Below are positions 19,669 to 30,250 of a DNA stretch of 64,000 nt, in pieces. Under the pieces are notes generated by a model. It searched no databases. It was not told where the DNA came from and saw only the letters and a program-made list of their open reading frames with translations. How positions within the stretch are numbered: position 1 is the first letter of the stretch; every line of letters starts with the position of its first letter. The position numbers were made by a program, and so were the translations under genes. This DNA comes from an uncultured bacterium. Lineage in GTDB: Bacteria; Oederibacteriota; PGYV01; CAWJRG01. Location: contig CAWJRG010000010.1 in assembly GCA_963845185.1 (NCBI GenBank), forward strand, positions 640,001 through 704,000, in the 5' to 3' direction.

Positions 19669-21147
19669 TTATTTCAGTACAATAAATTTATCAACCCTGC
19701 TAAAATTTGTTGTCTTTCCTTTTTGCTTGTATGCTATAAAATATATGCCGCTTGCAAGGTTTTGCACGTTGATTTCAACGGTATTTACCCCTGCGTTCAA
19801 ATTCTGGCTAATTTTTCCTATCAACCTGTATGCCGCTGTATAAATGGTTAATTCTATATTGGCGTCTTCTGTGATGTTAAATACATATTTAAGCTTGTCT
19901 TTTGCAGGGTTTGGATATATCAGCGACTTGCCAGGCGCAACTGCCAGGGGAGGAGGGGTCGGAGCCGGGCATAGCGGTTGCGCCGTCCCTGTCAGCCATG
20001 CCAGAACATCCGCGCCGTGGCACGAGGTGGGCGTATAGCTCCAATCCTTTATGAGTGTGGGCCCTGAATACGGGTTCAGGTCCCATGCAGTCGCGTTGTA
20101 CATGTAATTCGCGTTATTGCCGCCGTCAAGCCATGAAATAAAGCTGGACTCATACGGGTTGCACCCGCTGTCGTCCCAGCCGCAGCAGTTGCCTTCGTTG
20201 TTTGTGCCGCCCATTAAAGACCCGAATTCCCCTACTATGACGCAGTAACCGGCGTTCACTGCCACCCCTACATACTGGTCCCAGCTTGCCGCGTCATTGT
20301 TCCCCGGGTTGCCGTAATATATATGCGCGTCATAAGCTATGCCGTAACCTGTCAGGGTGTTGCCGGTGTTCCTGTCCGTTATCGGATTCGACGGTACTCC
20401 GGTCAGGTCATGCGCCCAGACCAGGCCGTCCACAATGGCTATATTCTTCGCACCTGTATCGCGGATAGTCTCTACCATAGTCTGGTATCCCGGGCTGACA
20501 AAACTGCCGGTCCAGCCGCCGTTCTGCCATGTGGTCAACGGCATATAAGTCGGCTCATTATAAAGGCCGAAAAGCACAGCAGGGTTATTGCCGAATGTCA
20601 CGGCAAGGCTCTGCCAGAACACCAGGGCATTCATGTCACACATGGCCGGCCCGGTTGCCTGCACAGAAGTGGAAGTACCCCATGTGCCAAGGCCTGACCA
20701 GTGCAAATCCAGGATCACATAGCAGTTGAGTGCCGACGCAGTGTTTACCATATCGGCAACAAGGGTTCTGTAATTGCTCTGGTTTGTCAAATCCTGCGTG
20801 GTAGAGGAAGATGTTACGCCGTTACTGTAGCCAAACCAAAAATCCTGGTTTAAGGGTATCCTTACGATATTGGCTTTCCATGTGTTCACTGCCACGGTTA
20901 TTGACTGTGTCATATCCCCGCCTGGCCCGCTTGCCAGGCCTTTGCCGTCCGCTTCCCATTCCAGCCCGTCCACGTTTACGCCCACGAGCCTTACAGGGCA
21001 GCCGGTCGCCGCGTTTACAAAGTATTTTCCCGACACCGCAAGCTGCGGAGGCGCCGCAATAAGGACTGTATTTATAAGGAATATGCATGATAATGCTGTG
21101 AAGGTTATAAATATAATCTTTGGTACTAGATTAATGCTCTTATACAT
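19669..21147 (-). CDS. GH5 endoglucanase-like enzyme with T9SS-like C-terminal sorting domain
   Basis: NIVRIPL, ILDLHW, FGLYNEP, AHIY, VGEFG; C-terminal IYPNPA...LASGIYFI...KFIVLK. Confidence 0.9.
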   Translation of the reverse strand: MYKSINLVPKIIFITFTALSCIFLINTVLIAAPPQLAVSGKYFVNAATGCPVRLVGVNVDGLEWEADGKGLASGPGGDMTQSITVAVNTWKANIVRIPLNQDFWFGYSNGVTSSSTTQDLTNQSNYRTLVADMVNTASALNCYVILDLHWSGLGTWGTSTSVQATGPAMCDMNALVFWQSLAVTFGNNPAVLFGLYNEPTYMPLTTWQNGGWTGSFVSPGYQTMVETIRDTGAKNIAIVDGLVWAHDLTGVPSNPITDRNTGNTLTGYGIAYDAHIYYGNPGNNDAASWDQYVGVAVNAGYCVIVGEFGSLMGGTNNEGNCCGWDDSGCNPYESSFISWLDGGNNANYMYNATAWDLNPYSGPTLIKDWSYTPTSCHGADVLAWLTGTAQPLCPAPTPPPLAVAPGKSLIYPNPAKDKLKYVFNITEDANIELTIYTAAYRLIGKISQNLNAGVNTVEINVQNLASGIYFIAYKQKGKTTNFSRVDKFIVLK

Positions 21148-21158
21148 AAAGCTCTCCT

Positions 21159-21258
21159 ATGATAGCGTTTATTTTGTCGAGCCAAAGGCAGCAACAAAAT
21201 ATTACGCTATCATGTACCCGCTCAAGTCCAAGGCCACAAAGGCGAGGACAAGTGGTAC
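21159..21258. repeat. Modular hairpin repeat (modules A+B)
   Basis: GATAGCGTTTATTTTG..CAAAATATTACGCTATC + GTACCCGCTCAAGTCC..GGACAAGTGGTAC; homologous to copies at 41641, 42737 and 55614. Confidence 0.85.
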
Positions 21259-21389
21259 TAGTCTCTTGGCTGTATTAATTATACAGCTAAAAAACCTGAA
21301 AGTTAATTCTATTTAGTAAAACAAATTATCCGCCTTGCTATATGAACAAAATATCCCTGAGCCTTATTTTCTGCCCAAGGCTGATGCCT

Positions 21390-23015
21390 TCAGTCTATTA
21401 CAATATCAAGTGATTCTTCTTTAGTCTTCCCGCGCTTGGGCCCGTGGGTGTGCGGCTGTCGCACAACATTTGCCGGAAGCATCAGGGCCAGCGGCACCGC
21501 TATCATGACCACCAGCGCGGCTATAAAAAATGTGTCCTGAAAAGCCTTTATCACGCCTGATTTGACAATGGCGCCCATCAGCATGCCTCTTGAGGCCAGC
21601 ATTGACGTGCCGAAACCGTAGCCCAGCTCGTGGACATGCGCCATGATATTTTCCAGCGACTGCCTGAAAGCAGGGTTTGATGCCTTTATGTTTTGCCCGG
21701 CCATCGCTATATGGAACACCGACCTGTTTGAAAGGATTGCGGTGAAAAAGGCTATGCCTATGGACGCTCCCACCTGCTGTATTATGCTGTTCATCGAGGA
21801 CGCAATGCCTATTTTTCTTTGCGGCACGGAATTCATGAATGCCAGCATGACCGGCGCCATAAGCAGGCCCATGCCTATGCTTCTTAACATCATCGGGTAT
21901 ATCATTCCCCATATGCCCGTATTCACGTCAAGCTTGTCGTAAACAAGCAGGCTGTAAGCCACTATCAAAACTCCTATTGTGCACGGTATTCTCGGCCCTA
22001 TCCTGTCGGACATAATGCCGACCAGGGGCAGTACGATCCCCATAAAAAGCGCTGACGGCAGCATCAACATCCCGCTCTGGAGCGCTGTGTACCCCATCTG
22101 CTGCTGCACAAAAACAGGTATTAAAAAAATCGAGCCGAAAAGCCCGGCGGACCGCGCCACTGTTATTGCCGTGGCGCTGGCGAATACCGGGATTTTAAAA
22201 AGGCTCAGGTCTATTATGGGGTAATCAATGTATGAATCCACAAGCATAAAGCCTATGAAGCCGATTGCAGCCAGGCTGAAGCAGGTAATTATGAAAGCGG
22301 ATGACCATCCCTCCCTCTGGCCTTTTGAAAGGCCGAGCAGCGCAAAAACGAGAAACACCGATAAAAAGCCGAACCCCCAGAAATCAAACGGTTTTTTGAC
22401 CAGCTTGTGCGGTGCGTCCTTGAGGAGCAGTTCCATGGCAGCCACAATGCCTATTATGCCGAGCGGCAGGTTGACGAAAAAAATCGAGCGCCACCCGAAA
22501 TAGTCAGTAAGGAACCCGCCGAGCGTGGGACCGAACGCAGGCCCGATTATTATCGCCACGCCGAATACGCCCATGGAGCTCCCTCTCTCTTCCGGCGGGA
22601 AAACTTCAGCTGCCATTGCCATGGATGTGGGCTGCATTGCCCCGCCGCCAAAAGCCTGTATTACGCGCGCGAATATCAGCATGGGCAGGTTCCATGCAAG
22701 CCCGCACAGGACCGAGCCGAGCGTAAAAAGGAAAAGCGCGCCTATATAAATGTTCCTGTACCCTATCCTATCCCGCAGCCATCCTGTCATGGGCATTAGC
22801 GTAGCAAAGGCCAGCATGTAGCCCGTCGATACCCATTCTATATCATCAAGGTTCACGCCGAAATCAGCCATTATTTTCGGGATGGACACGTTGACGATGG
22901 ACTGGTCTATTGCCGCCATAATCATGCCAAGCATGACAATACCCATAACCACCCATTTATATCCTTCCGGAAATTTCTGCTGCTTAATTTGCTGTAAGTG
23001 CGGTTCCTGCGCCAT
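21390..23015 (-). CDS. DHA2 (EmrB/QacA) MFS efflux transporter
   Basis: D.SIVNVSIP, W....YMLA, GPAFGPTLGG, WRSIFFVNLP. Confidence 0.9.
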   Translation of the reverse strand: MAQEPHLQQIKQQKFPEGYKWVVMGIVMLGMIMAAIDQSIVNVSIPKIMADFGVNLDDIEWVSTGYMLAFATLMPMTGWLRDRIGYRNIYIGALFLFTLGSVLCGLAWNLPMLIFARVIQAFGGGAMQPTSMAMAAEVFPPEERGSSMGVFGVAIIIGPAFGPTLGGFLTDYFGWRSIFFVNLPLGIIGIVAAMELLLKDAPHKLVKKPFDFWGFGFLSVFLVFALLGLSKGQREGWSSAFIITCFSLAAIGFIGFMLVDSYIDYPIIDLSLFKIPVFASATAITVARSAGLFGSIFLIPVFVQQQMGYTALQSGMLMLPSALFMGIVLPLVGIMSDRIGPRIPCTIGVLIVAYSLLVYDKLDVNTGIWGMIYPMMLRSIGMGLLMAPVMLAFMNSVPQRKIGIASSMNSIIQQVGASIGIAFFTAILSNRSVFHIAMAGQNIKASNPAFRQSLENIMAHVHELGYGFGTSMLASRGMLMGAIVKSGVIKAFQDTFFIAALVVMIAVPLALMLPANVVRQPHTHGPKRGKTKEESLDIVID

Positions 23016-23185
23016 TTAAAGTTTCCCTTCTAATCCTGAAATTCGGCTGATAACCAAACCGGCAAAATAATAATTTCAATGCTTATAACGAATATACTCC
23101 TGAAAGCAGGCTTATTCAATAAATTTTTGTGGTTTTTGGATTGGATGAGGCAGGAATTAAGATGGATATATTCCGTCACAAAAAC

Positions 23186-23227
23186 AAAAAAACCCCCACC
23201 GATGGCGGTGACCGAATCGGCGGGGGT
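23186..23227 (-). terminator. Intrinsic terminator of GH30 gene
   Basis: ACCCCCGCCGAT/ATCGGTGGGGGT stem + U7 on minus strand. Confidence 0.8.
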
Positions 23228-23248
23228 CTCCCCTTATGTCAAATTTTA

Positions 23249-26200
23249 TTATTTAAGTATCAATATTGTTGAAAAGCCTGCGCTGGATATGCCCTGGCCT
23301 TTCATTTCTACCTTGAGCCTGTAAGCGCCGGGTGCAAGCGTCTGGCCGCCTGAAGCTTTACCGCTCCATTGCACCGTGTGGTCCCCTGTGGAAACGTAAT
23401 AGACTCCTGTAAGCTCCTGCTGCCATATGAGCCTGCCGGACACTGTGTATACTTTCAAATATACTGTAGTGTCCGGGGATGGGACATAGACTCTCTGACC
23501 TAAGGCTGCGGCAGCCGCTCCTGTGGATGTAGTGTTCACAGTGTACTTTATATTCACACCTGTTGCCGCTGTCGCAGGGTTCGGGTAAGTCATTACATTG
23601 GAAACCACGGCTGTACTTTGAGTAGATGAAGGCTCCTGTCCCCAGACCAGCACTCCCGAAGAATATGCAGTTACCCTGGTCCATGCCTGCCAGCTCTGCG
23701 TATTTGAGTAGCTCCAGTCGTTTGACTGCACCATGGCGGACCAGTCTGATTTGTTGAACCTTGCCTGGATCTCTATCGTCTGTCCGGGCTGCAGCACCAG
23801 GTTTCCCGTAAATTTGTAACTTATGTAATCGGTCTGTCCTCCCAGAGTTGTCGGTACTACCGTGGTTTGCACATCCTGGGTAACCGAGGTTCCGGCCGGC
23901 AGTAATCCCGCCCAATCAACCCAGGCCTGTATTGCCTGGCCTGTGCAGTCGCAGTTAAACCAGTACCTCACCTCTATATTATTAAGGTTTATCGCAGAGG
24001 TACCACTGTTTACTATCTGGAACTGCGGGTGCGGGCTGTTTGAATTGTTGTTGGTGTCAGCGCTTCTTAGTTCAATGGTCAGATTCACAGTAGTTGGCAC
24101 TGTAGGTGATGGCGTTATCGGCGTATTCGTCGGAACAGGCGTTGTTGGTGTCGCTGACGGCGTTATTGGTGTATTCGTAGGTACAGGTGTCGTAGGTGTT
24201 GCTGACGGCGTTATTGGCGTGTTCGTTGGAACCGGTGTCGTCGGTGTCGCTGACGGCGTTATTGGCGTGCTTGTTGGAACCGGTGTCGTCGGTGTCGCTG
24301 ACGGCGTTATTGGCGTGTTTGTTGGAACCGGCGTCGTCGGCGTCGCTGACGGCGTTATTGGCGTGTTCGTCGGAACCGGCGTCGTTGGCGTCGCTGACGG
24401 TGTCACCGGTGTATTTGTCTTTGTGAATGTATTGGTACTTGTGAAAGTATTCGTCGCCGTATAAGTGTTCGTGAAAGTATTTGTCGGCGGCACCGGCGTA
24501 TTTGTCTTTGTAAAAGTATTGGTGCTTGTTAATGTATTCGTCGCCGTGTAAGTCAGTGTATTGGTACTCGTTAACGTATTCGTCGGCGTATAAGTAAACG
24601 TATTGGTGCTCGTTAACGTATTGGTTGGCGTCGCCGGCTGGGGTATTATCTGGATAGCGCATACCTGTGCATTGTCCGCGCTCGCGGGCCCGAACTGGAT
24701 CGTGATCTGCCCGTTGCTTGGCGATATATTGTTAAACACTTTATCGTCAGCTTTGTATTCCGCACCCGAATCAGCGAATATGTCGAAGTTGCTCAGGACC
24801 TGGGTGCCGTTTATCGACACGTTGAACACACGCGACCCGGCTGCGGTCCAGATATGTCTCGGCGAATTTCAGCGTTACCTGGTAGCTGCCCGCTGGCACG
24901 TTAAATGTGTAAGTAAACGGGTTGCCGTACCTTTCACTCTGGTAAAGTGTCGGGTCCGTGGTATTTGAAATACTGTTTGTTAAAGTTTTTGCCGTGCCGC
25001 TGCTGTAATTCTCATCCGCGGCCCACACATTGCCGCTGCCGTCCGTATACGACGAACCTCCGGCATCCACCCTCCATATTGACTGAATAACGGGCGTCGG
25101 TGTCGGCGAAGGAGTAACAGGTGTATTCGTAGGAGCGGGTGTAGTTGGAGTCGAAGTCGGCCCCACCGGTGTATTTGTCTTTGTGAAAGTATTGGTCGGT
25201 ATAGGCGTCGTAGGCTGCGGTGTCACTCCGCCTGATGTGCCTACAAATGACATCACGCTCTGCGCCGGCAGCGAATAGGTAAAGCTGTTCCCGGAAACTG
25301 ACACGGCAGACTGCGCAACGAGGTTATTGTTAGCGTCCGTTTGCCAGGGCGTGACCGACGTCGCGGAAAGCCCGTTAAGGCTGAACTGCTGGCTTGTGGC
25401 CGACGAATTCTGGTTTATGACGACTATAACGAACTTGCCTGAGTTCGGGTCCGTATATGCCGAGCAGCTCAGGCCCGATGTCGGCGCCTCTGTAGCGCCT
25501 ATGCGGACGAAGCCGGGCTTGACGAACTTGCTGTAGTTGCCAATGGTATAAAGCCTCTTTGTCGGGTTGCCGCTCGAGTCGCACAGCCCCTCATCGTCGG
25601 AGCCCGTTGGGACCAGCCACCAGTAACAAAATGCGTTGAAATTGTTGTCCACGATACATTTGTGAAGCAGAGCGGCGTAGTAGATACCGCTGTCTATATT
25701 ATTATCGCTGGTTTTCTCCGAGATCTCCGTCTCCCAGCTCTCGACCGTATGGCCGGCAGTAGTGGAATAACTGGACGGTATCGCGGTAGGGCCGCCGCCG
25801 TACAGGTGCATGCCGATGACTTTCACGTATTTCGCCGCGTTCGAGTCCGCCATAGTGGTGTTGGAACCGGTCAGGTTGTCCGCAAAGGATTCCGGCATCA
25901 TGATGATGTTGTTAAAACCGGCGGCTGCGAGGTCCGGGCCCAGGTAGCTGCCGATGAAGGTGTCAAATGCCGATGGCGACCAGAGGCAGGCATCATAGCT
26001 GGGGTCGTAGTCCGGTTCGTTCTGGACCGAGATCGCGTAAAGTGTAAAACCGTAGGTGTTTTTGCAGGCTGTAACAAAGCTTGTCAGGTAGCTGGCATAG
26101 TCGCCATAGTGCGAGGTGTTAAGCTGGTTGGAGTTGGATCCGGGATTGAAGTTGTCGTTGCCGGTGTTGTTGCCGCTTGTGCTGTTGTTGTTCTTCCATT

Positions 26201-26534
26201 TCGCCGGCGGGCTCCACGGGCTGGCAAAGACCCTGACGTTGGGGTTGATGGCCAGTGCCTGTGTCGCAAATGCGCATTGTGAGCCCCAGTTGCCGTTGCC
26301 GGAATCATCAATGCCGAGGCGAAGTATGGATAGCCCGGCATGGCCGTTGGTGGAATCGTCCGCCCAGAAAGTGTTGGCAAGCGAGGACGAGAATGTGTTG
26401 TCCCATTGGCTGCTTGCACCGAAACCTGAGATCGTTTGGTATTTTGTGGTTGAATCAATTGTAGCTGTTCCTGCAAAAACTTGTGAAACAAAAACTAAAA
26501 GTAAAGCCATTAAACCGATTAACTGTTTTTTCAT
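23249..26534 (-). CDS. Multidomain GH30 (xylanase-like) + malectin + Thr/Pro linker + CBM3 + sorting domain; frameshift near 24851
   Basis: QTISGFG, SPWSPPAKWK, SVQNEPD, WETE (GH30); LYQSERYG...FAETY/RVFNVSING (malectin, joined by deleting one base); IEVRYWF...DWS....NDWSY (CBM3); TYPNPA. Confidence 0.88.
24105..24415. repeat. 48-bp coding tandem repeat (PSATPTTPVPTNTPIT, ~6 copies)
   Basis: Visible in DNA and protein. Confidence 0.9.
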
Positions 26535-26564
26535 TTTTACACCTCATTTTGACCTGGATTTTCA

Positions 26565-26613
26565 TTGCACACGTGTGCAAATAAAATATATCAAATAATT
26601 ATAAATTTGTCAA
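26565..26613 (-). promoter_or_regulatory. Sigma70 promoter and LacI-type operator of GH30 gene
   Basis: TTGACA 26613..26608, 17 bp spacer, TATATT; perfect palindrome TTGCACACGTGTGCAA at 26565-26580. Confidence 0.8.
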
Positions 26614-26796
26614 GCATTTTCACGTTTTATTTTCCAATAATGAACGTTCATAATATGATTGCGAAAAACAAATACCTTGCAGTTTAAAACGACGTTTTAA
26701 AAAATGATTAGATGGATTACTGCACACTATAAAATTTAAAAATAGCTCGCAATGACAGATTCTGTCGTTTATCCCTCTGACTGAATTCTCATTTTT

Positions 26797-27810
26797 TCAT
26801 GTGCTGTTCCTTATAATAAGCTCGGGGTAGAATATCTCGTCGTGCATGTTTTTCAAATCATTCTCCTGTATTGCCCTGACAGCAATCTCGACGGCTTTCC
26901 TGCCCATCTCAGCTGCCGGCTGCCTGACAGCTGTCATGCCTGCAGCGAGAGACAGGCGCATGTCGTCCTGGCTTACGATCGCCAGGTCATCGGGTATCTT
27001 CAGCCCTTTTTTCCTTGCCTCATCGAGCACCCTCAGCATGTAGCCCTCTCCTGCCGCGAAATATATAGCGTCCACTTTTTTGTCCAGGAAAAAATTCAGC
27101 GCTGTCCTGTGCACCTCCGGGTAGTCTTCGGGGAATTCGAATATGTTATGTTCGCCGGCGTTAAGGCCGTGGCTTGCCATGATCCTTTTGAAACCGGTCA
27201 GCCTTTCCTTGTAGCTCTGCACATAGCGCGTGTTGCCTATCATCATTCCTATTCTTTTCCTGCCCCTCTCCACAAGGTGGTTCACTGCCAGTACAGCAGC
27301 TTTCTCATTGTCGTAGTGCACCCTGTGACCCCACAAGCCCCTGCCTTCTATAAATACTACGTGTATTCCAGCCTGCCTGTACCTGTCCAGTATATTCCCC
27401 CTGCCTGTCATATTGGCAGTTATTATGATGACTGCCTCGGCCTTTCTCTCGTCGAGTATCTTTTCAAATATATATGTGTCCCTGCCTTGGGTGCCTACAA
27501 CCGTGAATTTTTGGGTGGTATAATAATCCATCTCAAACCCGGTATTTATCATTGCAGGCTCTATCCCGCGCATGACCTCGGCCGGGTAAATGGAAAAATA
27601 CGAGAATGTCACTATGGCTATTGCGTTTGATTTTGCCCTTGCCAGGCCTTTTGCGGCAGTATTCGGGATATAATTCATTTCCATTGCAGTCTGCCTGATT
27701 TTTTCGGCAGTTGCCTTGTTTATGCGCGGGTCATTATTCAGGGCGCGCGACACAGTTGAATGGTTTATGCCAAGCTTTTTTGCTATGTCCTTGATTGTGG
27801 TTAGTTTCAT
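26797..27810 (-). CDS. LacI-family transcriptional regulator
   Basis: TIKDIAKKLG....TVSRALN HTH, YIPN..A..LA, IPDDLAIV, LIIRNST. Confidence 0.95.
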   Translation of the reverse strand: MKLTTIKDIAKKLGINHSTVSRALNNDPRINKATAEKIRQTAMEMNYIPNTAAKGLARAKSNAIAIVTFSYFSIYPAEVMRGIEPAMINTGFEMDYYTTQKFTVVGTQGRDTYIFEKILDERKAEAVIIITANMTGRGNILDRYRQAGIHVVFIEGRGLWGHRVHYDNEKAAVLAVNHLVERGRKRIGMMIGNTRYVQSYKERLTGFKRIMASHGLNAGEHNIFEFPEDYPEVHRTALNFFLDKKVDAIYFAAGEGYMLRVLDEARKKGLKIPDDLAIVSQDDMRLSLAAGMTAVRQPAAEMGRKAVEIAVRAIQENDLKNMHDEIFYPELIIRNST

Positions 27811-27900
27811 GTTGATATTATAAAATATATAATCAATTTAGGCAAGATTAGTATCATGCATGAAAATCTATATGTGCCCATCCAACCGTTATTGCTTTAT

Positions 27901-28179
27901 TCACCCGCAATCGCAGGAGACTTTTTTGCCCTTGCCCCTGAACTTTGAGGCAAGCACAGCTGACGCGCAGCCCGGGCCAGCGTCGACCTTTATCGCGCCG
28001 AACGCGCAGTTTGTCATGCATGCCCCACATTCAATGCATTTGTCTTTGGCGGTCACAATTGCCTTTTTCCCTTTCATCTGGAATATCCTGTGAGGGCACA
28101 CAATGACACACATCTGGCATCCTGTGCATTTTTTCTCGTTGTATTCAAGGGTGTTCAGGCCAAGGTAAGTCAGTTCCAT
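27901..28179 (-). CDS. hgcB: Mercury methylation 2[4Fe-4S] ferredoxin HgcB
   Basis: CTGCQMCVIVCPH, CIECGACMTNC, GPGCA; overlaps hgcA stop. Confidence 0.93.
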   Translation of the reverse strand: MELTYLGLNTLEYNEKKCTGCQMCVIVCPHRIFQMKGKKAIVTAKDKCIECGACMTNCAFGAIKVDAGPGCASAVLASKFRGKGKKVSCDCG

Positions 28180-29348
28180 TTTATTGCACCTTTTATTACG
28201 AAGTCTGCTATCTGCAGGCCTATACCGATTATTGCCGCAATTATCATCACAGGCACTGATACTGCGATTTCTTTGCGCACGCCTGTAAGCGATGTGAAAG
28301 TAGATGTGCCTGTGTAATTCATGAAAATAAAAGAAGTAAATGCGGTAGATAGCATCACAATGGATGCCTGCGTGAGATGCGTCATGCCAAGCGCGAGCAG
28401 CACAAACGCCAGCGAACCTATGAGTCCGGTAACTGCTCCTTTAACCGAAAACATTCTGCCCGGCAATACAGGCAGCAGCGCAGCAGGCAGTACAGTCGCG
28501 CATAGCACTGCGACAAACAGGGCCTCTATAAAATACGCTGCGTTGGAAAAGCCCGTGGCCAGGTTAAAACCATTTTTTGTGAAACTTGCGGCCAGTACTG
28601 CAACAACAGAAGTAGTAAGTATTATCTTCACAGCAGATACAAACTCTATACCTGTTATTTCCATCCTTTTCCGCAACCCGAAACCAACTGTCCTCTGTTT
28701 TTCATCTGCCTTCATCCCGTTTTTCAAAAACTCTTTTATGTCCCGCGCCTCAACAGGCCCGAATATGACTTTGAACCTTGCGCCTTTCCTTACAAGGTGC
28801 GCTGCTATCCCCGGCGCGCCGAGCTGCGGCACTATCACGTCCCTGTGTGCGACAACCCTGTCCAGCTTCACAAGCTTTATCCTTTTAATAAGTTCCTCTG
28901 TCCCAAAAGTGCCCTTGCCTGCAGCGCACCAGACATTCACTCCCTTTGAGTCCAGCACAAGTATCCACGCGTCAATGCCTGTGAGTTCTTTTCTCAGCGA
29001 GTCAAAAGACATCTTGTAATTTGCAGATACCAGCACAGGCGAGTTCCTGTCTGGCTTTCCCACCGCGTATAACCCCGGCCGCACGCCATGGTTCATCCTG
29101 TTTATCCCGAACCGAGCAAGCAGGTTTCCTATTATATCGGTTATTCCTAATTTTGTCGGCACAACAGGCGCGCTGCCTCCTGCTGTTTTTAATATATCCA
29201 GCACGCGGAATTTTTTAAATTTTGTTATTTCCTTTATCGGCCCGCCGCAGCAGCATTCCTCTTCTTCTTTATCTTCTTCAGCCGCACATCCGCATGAAGC
29301 CTGTTCTTTTTCCTCTTCGCAGCAGCAGCTTTGCTTTTGTTTTTTCAC
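28170..29348 (-). CDS. hgcA: Mercury methylation corrinoid protein HgcA
   Basis: Cap-helix motif GVNVWCAAGKGTFGT, ANYKMSFD, PQLGAPG, C-terminal TM helices, MNYTGTSTFTS.TGVRKE. Confidence 0.96.
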   Translation of the reverse strand: MKKQKQSCCCEEEKEQASCGCAAEEDKEEEECCCGGPIKEITKFKKFRVLDILKTAGGSAPVVPTKLGITDIIGNLLARFGINRMNHGVRPGLYAVGKPDRNSPVLVSANYKMSFDSLRKELTGIDAWILVLDSKGVNVWCAAGKGTFGTEELIKRIKLVKLDRVVAHRDVIVPQLGAPGIAAHLVRKGARFKVIFGPVEARDIKEFLKNGMKADEKQRTVGFGLRKRMEITGIEFVSAVKIILTTSVVAVLAASFTKNGFNLATGFSNAAYFIEALFVAVLCATVLPAALLPVLPGRMFSVKGAVTGLIGSLAFVLLALGMTHLTQASIVMLSTAFTSFIFMNYTGTSTFTSLTGVRKEIAVSVPVMIIAAIIGIGLQIADFVIKGAIKWN

Positions 29349-30250
29349 CTGCCTGCTCCTTTTCCCGCCTGTTTGCCGAATTCTATCGTGCTTTTTATGA
29401 AATCACCGGGCGTGCCGAAATCAAAGCGCCTGGCGTCTTTTATTTCCAGCGCGCAGTATCCCTGCCTCTGCCTTAAGAGCTCCTGCGCATAGGTTAGCTG
29501 TATTTCGTTGTTCTGCCTGATATTGGCTGCTATCATTTCCTCAAGCACATCATATATACCCGGCGTAAGCACATGCATCCCGAACCAGCCGAGGAATTCG
29601 CCCGGTCTCAGCCCGCTGACTTTCAGTTTCTTCCCGGCTGTTTCTGCGCCTGGTTTTTCTATGATAAGCGACACGTCTATTAAACACGGGTTGTTTTTCC
29701 TCCGCACGCCCGCAATCACCCCGTAGCCTTTTAAATCTTTTGTCCGGATGCGGTTGACCGCAGAGACAGCCCTGCCGCACTCTTCATACGCCCTCATCAG
29801 CCGGCTATGGCAGGACCTGGCGCCTGACCTGAACAAATGGTCGCCGAGGCAAAGCAGTACAGGCTCATTGCCCGCGAACTTCCTGCTCTGGAATACGGCG
29901 TGCCCGTATCCTTCCTGTTTTTTCTGCACTGCGAATGATATCCTGCTTAATGCCGCGCGCATTTTTTTTGCTTCACCGTATAATGCCTTATGCTTTTTCA
30001 GCCTTCCGATATAATCGGCGTCCGGGCCGTTAAAATAATCCTCGATAAGCTTTTCTTCACCGGGCCTCACAATGACGCAGATTTCTTTTATCCCTGCGCC
30101 GATCAGGTCCATCACCTGGTAATGTATCATTGCCCTTGCTATGCCGTCGGGCCCGACCACAGGGAAAAGCTCTTTTTTGCAAGCGTGGACCGCAGGAAAC
30201 AGGCGCGTGCCCAGGCCTGCAACAGGTATGACTGCTTTTTTTATCATCAT
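29345..30250 (-). CDS. Sugar-1-phosphate nucleotidyltransferase (GalU-like)
   Basis: KAVIPVAGLGTRL.P....KKELFP, QEGYGHAV, LGDH, EKP, FDFG. Confidence 0.85.
   Translation of the reverse strand: MMIKKAVIPVAGLGTRLFPAVHACKKELFPVVGPDGIARAMIHYQVMDLIGAGIKEICVIVRPGEEKLIEDYFNGPDADYIGRLKKHKALYGEAKKMRAALSRISFAVQKKQEGYGHAVFQSRKFAGNEPVLLCLGDHLFRSGARSCHSRLMRAYEECGRAVSAVNRIRTKDLKGYGVIAGVRRKNNPCLIDVSLIIEKPGAETAGKKLKVSGLRPGEFLGWFGMHVLTPGIYDVLEEMIAANIRQNNEIQLTYAQELLRQRQGYCALEIKDARRFDFGTPGDFIKSTIEFGKQAGKGAGR

Noticed and set aside
23862..24662. Repetitive alternative-frame ORFs and possible CRISPR-like periodicity
   Set aside because: They are other frames of the Thr/Pro linker; repeats are contiguous with no unique spacers and no cas genes
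27889..27903. Possible selenocysteine read-through of the hgcB TGA (CDCG-U-IKQ)
   Set aside because: No convincing SECIS-like hairpin downstream; cannot be supported without a sel gene search
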